DNA of 32,000 nt from Telmatocola sphagniphila (GTDB taxonomy: Bacteria > Planctomycetota > Planctomycetia > Gemmatales > Gemmataceae): positions 6,480,001-6,512,000 of the forward strand of contig NZ_CP074694.1 of NCBI RefSeq assembly GCF_018398935.1, written 5' to 3'. Under the pieces are notes generated by a model. That model was not told the DNA's origin, made no database searches, and was given only the letters and a program-made list of their open reading frames with translations. Positions 29,266 through 32,000 of this stretch are shown here, piece by piece; position 1 is the first letter of the stretch, and every line of letters starts with the position of its first letter. Position numbers and translations under genes: made by a program.

Positions 29266-32000
29266 ATGGCCAAATCGAAAACCGACATCAGCTCGAAACA
29301 GGATTTGGAAAAAAAACCGAGTTCTACTGAAATAATACCAACACCTTCGAACTCCGACTCCTCGGAAGAGTTTGTCGAGTTTGGGGCCGTAGCCTCCATT
29401 AGGGAGGGCGCCTCTGGTGTGGTACCGATTTCGGAAATGATAGTTACAGAGGAAGCGCCGTCGGTTGTCTCCTGGGCCGATGTCATCCGTCAGCAGCAGG
29501 GCGGCGTTCACGAATCCCCGGCCCCTGTAGGGGAAGGGATTCAATTCGACTCCTTCTCCGATCTGGATCTCAAAAAGAAATTCGATTCGATCATGCCGGC
29601 GGGCAGTTCGCCGGGAGTTACGGAAGTCGACGGGATGTTCTTCTTCGATGCGAAGGGGAGTGGTCTCGACGCTCACCCAAAGATTCCAGAGGGCGAGTCT
29701 TCCCGCGTCGATATGCACACCAGTGCCAATGGGGAGCAGCCTTCGGGTTCCCGAGTGCGACTCGATAGCAATCCGAGCCAGACCAGCATTGTGGAAAACT
29801 CGGGGGACATCACTTTCAGCATCAAAGCCCCTCCTTCGGATGCGGCCGGGGCGATCCCCGTACCTTCCGATGCCGAGATGGCTCTGCACCGGCATTCCAG
29901 TAACGAATTGCCGACCTTCGACGATCTCAATCTGCTGACCCAGTCCAAACCGGGCGAAAGCGGAATTCTCTTCAGTCTGACCGATGGCTTTCCGCCGTCG
30001 GACGAAATGCCTTCGACGCAAAAACACGATATTCTCTTTGGCGATCAGGATGGCGAATCGGGAATTCTGCTCACGAATAATAAGAACGAGAATGCGGACG
30101 TCGGTGTGCTGCCCCCGGATACCGAATCTCCTTCCGGGGCCGTGCGGTCCTCGATTCTGGATATCCTCCTTAGCAATCCCAACGCCTTGGATGAATCGGC
30201 TTCCTCCTCGAACGTCTTCGGGGCGAACGGCGTACAGATTCCGGATCAGGAAGATTTTGGCTCCATTCAGAATCTGACGGAAACTGCCAAGATCCGATCC
30301 ACTCCCGAGTTCTTCCTTCCGGAAGCAGCCGCGATGGCTCATAACGGGCCGAGTAAATCCTCCGCGGAAATTTCGCCGACCAGTACTCCGAAAACGTTCA
30401 AGAATGAATCCAGCGGCGAATTGCGCGGCCTCGAAGCCGTCGGCGATTTTGAAGGCGATGGCGCGGTAGATATTTATGCCGATCAGCCCCTGGAGAGCGA
30501 ACTGACGGCCTCGGGTACGTTCAAGGTCTCCGATGCCGATCTGGAACTCGCTCGTCTTCGACAGAAGATCATCGAATCTTCCGCAGTCGATTTGAGCTCC
30601 AACCCCTCGTTTAATTCCTTCAAAATCGATGCAAAGAAAAAGGTCCCGACGCCTCCGCCCGATTCCGGCACGGTGGCACCTTTCCCCGAAAAGAGCCATG
30701 CCTACGCGGAGCCGGTTGCCCACTTCCACGTCGGGTCCGATCCCGATGGGCATTTGAGCTCGGAAATGGACGTGGATAACTCCATGATCCGCCGACTGGA
30801 AGAGATGGCTTCCCACGAGGAGTTCATTCTCGGTGCGCCGAACATTTCGGAACAGGAACTCAAAGAACTCAATCAGGCCAACGCGGATAAGTTATCTGCA
30901 ACCGACGGGCTGAAGACGCCGAATCAGCACTCCACCAGCACGAATCTGGGATCGGCGGTACTTTCCCAGCATCCCAGTAATCCCAGCAATGGCCCGGTTT
31001 CCCTGCAGCCCGAACGGGCGAAGAGCCCCTACCGTGGTAAGGATGCCGCCGATTTCGAACAGACCGGTTTAAACAAACGCGGAAGATCAGGCAAGCTTTT
31101 CGCGGGTGTTCTCGGAGCAGTCCTGGGCGCGGGGGGAGTTTTCGGTGCCGGTTACTTCGGCGGCTTCCTGCCGAGTTCCGACAGTAACGCCCGGAATTCC
31201 GCCGATCTTGCGAAACTGGCTGCGACCAACGAGGATCTGGAAAATAATCGTAAAGAGCTCTTGAACCAGACGAAGAACTTGAAAGAAGTTCTGACCCGGT
31301 TGAATGTGAACGAAACCTCGGAAGCGTTAGCCTCCATCGATTCGTTGATCCGGGCTCGCGATACCGCCGTCAAAGCCAAAGACGAAGTCAGCGGCGAGCG
31401 GGATGCTTTGAAAACGAAGATCCAAGAGTCGGAAGGCCGGCTGGCCGAGGTCATGAAGCAGGTCGATCTCCGTAAGACCGAACTGGATAAAGCCAATGCT
31501 ACTCTGCTCGAATTGAAGACCGCGGCTGATAAATCGAGTGCCGAATTGAAATCGGCTCGCGAGGAAGCGGCTACGCTGAAAGCCGAAGTCGCGAAAATGC
31601 CGGCCGCCAGCAAAGCATTGAACGACAAGCTGGATATTGCTCAGGCCAAAGTGAAAGAGCTCGAGACTTCCAAGTCGACTTTCGATCAGAAATTGAGCGA
31701 GCTGAGCAAGGAACGCGATACCCTGGCGGCCTCGCAGAAACAATCGAGCCAACTGATCAAGAAAATCGAACAGCAGTTGGTTAAGCTCGATGCCGTGAAG
31801 CCGGGCAGCGATGCGACGGCACTGCTTTCGGGAATCGAAAAGATCGGCCGAAACGGATCCAACGTCTCCGAAGGGATGAAGGCCGCCGATAAGAAGATCG
31901 ACGAACTGAGCAAGCAACTTTCGATCGAACAGAATAAGTTGGTGGCTCTGGAAAAGAAAGCGGTTGAGGCCGAGAAACGCGTTCTCGACTCGGAAAAGAA
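29266..32000 (+). CDS. Large bitopic protein: ~610-aa acidic low-complexity N-terminal region, one TM helix, long coiled-coil; 3'-truncated by the window edge
   Basis: Absent from the ORF track (no stop in the window). Hand translation from the first ATG after the in-frame TGA at 29248-29250 gives MAKSKTDISSKQDLEKKPSSTEIIPTPSNSDSSEEFVEF.... The TM helix is KRGRSGKLFAGVLGAVLGAGGVFGAGYFGGFL (~31094-31170). After it comes ...LAKLAATNEDLENNRKELLNQTKNLKEVLTRL...ELDKANATLLELKTAADKSSAELKSAREEAATLKAEVAK..., and the frame is open to position 32000. Minus-strand ORFs 29143..30816, 31152..31628 and 31327..31917 are its antisense shadows. Confidence 0.85.
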   Translation, partial: MAKSKTDISSKQDLEKKPSSTEIIPTPSNSDSSEEFVEFGAVASIREGASGVVPISEMIVTEEAPSVVSWADVIRQQQGGVHESPAPVGEGIQFDSFSDLDLKKKFDSIMPAGSSPGVTEVDGMFFFDAKGSGLDAHPKIPEGESSRVDMHTSANGEQPSGSRVRLDSNPSQTSIVENSGDITFSIKAPPSDAAGAIPVPSDAEMALHRHSSNELPTFDDLNLLTQSKPGESGILFSLTDGFPPSDEMPSTQKHDILFGDQDGESGILLTNNKNENADVGVLPPDTESPSGAVRSSILDILLSNPNALDESASSSNVFGANGVQIPDQEDFGSIQNLTETAKIRSTPEFFLPEAAAMAHNGPSKSSAEISPTSTPKTFKNESSGELRGLEAVGDFEGDGAVDIYADQPLESELTASGTFKVSDADLELARLRQKIIESSAVDLSSNPSFNSFKIDAKKKVPTPPPDSGTVAPFPEKSHAYAEPVAHFHVGSDPDGHLSSEMDVDNSMIRRLEEMASHEEFILGAPNISEQELKELNQANADKLSATDGLKTPNQHSTSTNLGSAVLSQHPSNPSNGPVSLQPERAKSPYRGKDAADFEQTGLNKRGRSGKLFAGVLGAVLGAGGVFGAGYFGGFLPSSDSNARNSADLAKLAATNEDLENNRKELLNQTKNLKEVLTRLNVNETSEALASIDSLIRARDTAVKAKDEVSGERDALKTKIQESEGRLAEVMKQVDLRKTELDKANATLLELKTAADKSSAELKSAREEAATLKAEVAKMPAASKALNDKLDIAQAKVKELETSKSTFDQKLSELSKERDTLAASQKQSSQLIKKIEQQLVKLDAVKPGSDATALLSGIEKIGRNGSNVSEGMKAADKKIDELSKQLSIEQNKLVALEKKAVEAEKRVLDSEK

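Noticed and set aside
29143-31917. Minus-strand ORFs 29143..30816 (557 aa), 31152..31628 and 31327..31917
   Set aside because: Antisense to the hand-translated plus-strand gene. That gene is open from 29266 to the window edge and has a coherent IDR/TM/coiled-coil architecture. The minus-strand products are R/G/F/I-rich nonsense.

Overview
Housekeeping-dominated chromosomal window, by eye roughly 55% G+C. The protein repertoire (DUF1080 protein, WD40 protein, ECF sigma, esterase+SMP-30 fusion, Ser/Thr/Pro-rich regions, an L-x-LE-x-R-x-x-P N-terminal motif) suggests a Planctomycetota genome; this is inference, not verified. Positions 1-11.1 kb carry rplK-rplA-rplJ-rplL-rpoB-rpoC on the minus strand. 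rpoC runs off the left edge, so it is missing from the ORF track; I translated it by hand. These genes end a ~19 kb uninterrupted minus-strand block: UbiD-family decarboxylase, csrA, DUF1080 protein, WD40 protein, cobB sirtuin, folD, AI-2E-family permease, then the ribosomal/RNAP genes. The usual secE-nusG neighbours are not upstream of rplK. The right half holds a single-TM hypothetical, a DHH/DHHA1 phosphoesterase and a small 2-TM protein. It also holds a complete ECF sigma-factor module fused in frame behind a ~450-aa low-complexity, secreted-protein-like region, which is the most unusual item here. Further right are a secreted esterase/gluconolactonase-like protein, a YhaM-like OB+HD nuclease with an HE dyad, a 2-TM/PH-like membrane protein, tRNA-Ala(GGC) and a small RHH-like ORF. 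The last gene is a >910-aa bitopic acidic/coiled-coil protein that runs off the right edge and is also absent from the ORF track. The second most interesting item is the orphan csrA with a GGA-rich structured leader. I saw no CRISPR array, transposase/integrase, rRNA, or recognisable defence or biosynthetic cassette. Many long ORF-track entries are antisense shadows of real genes.
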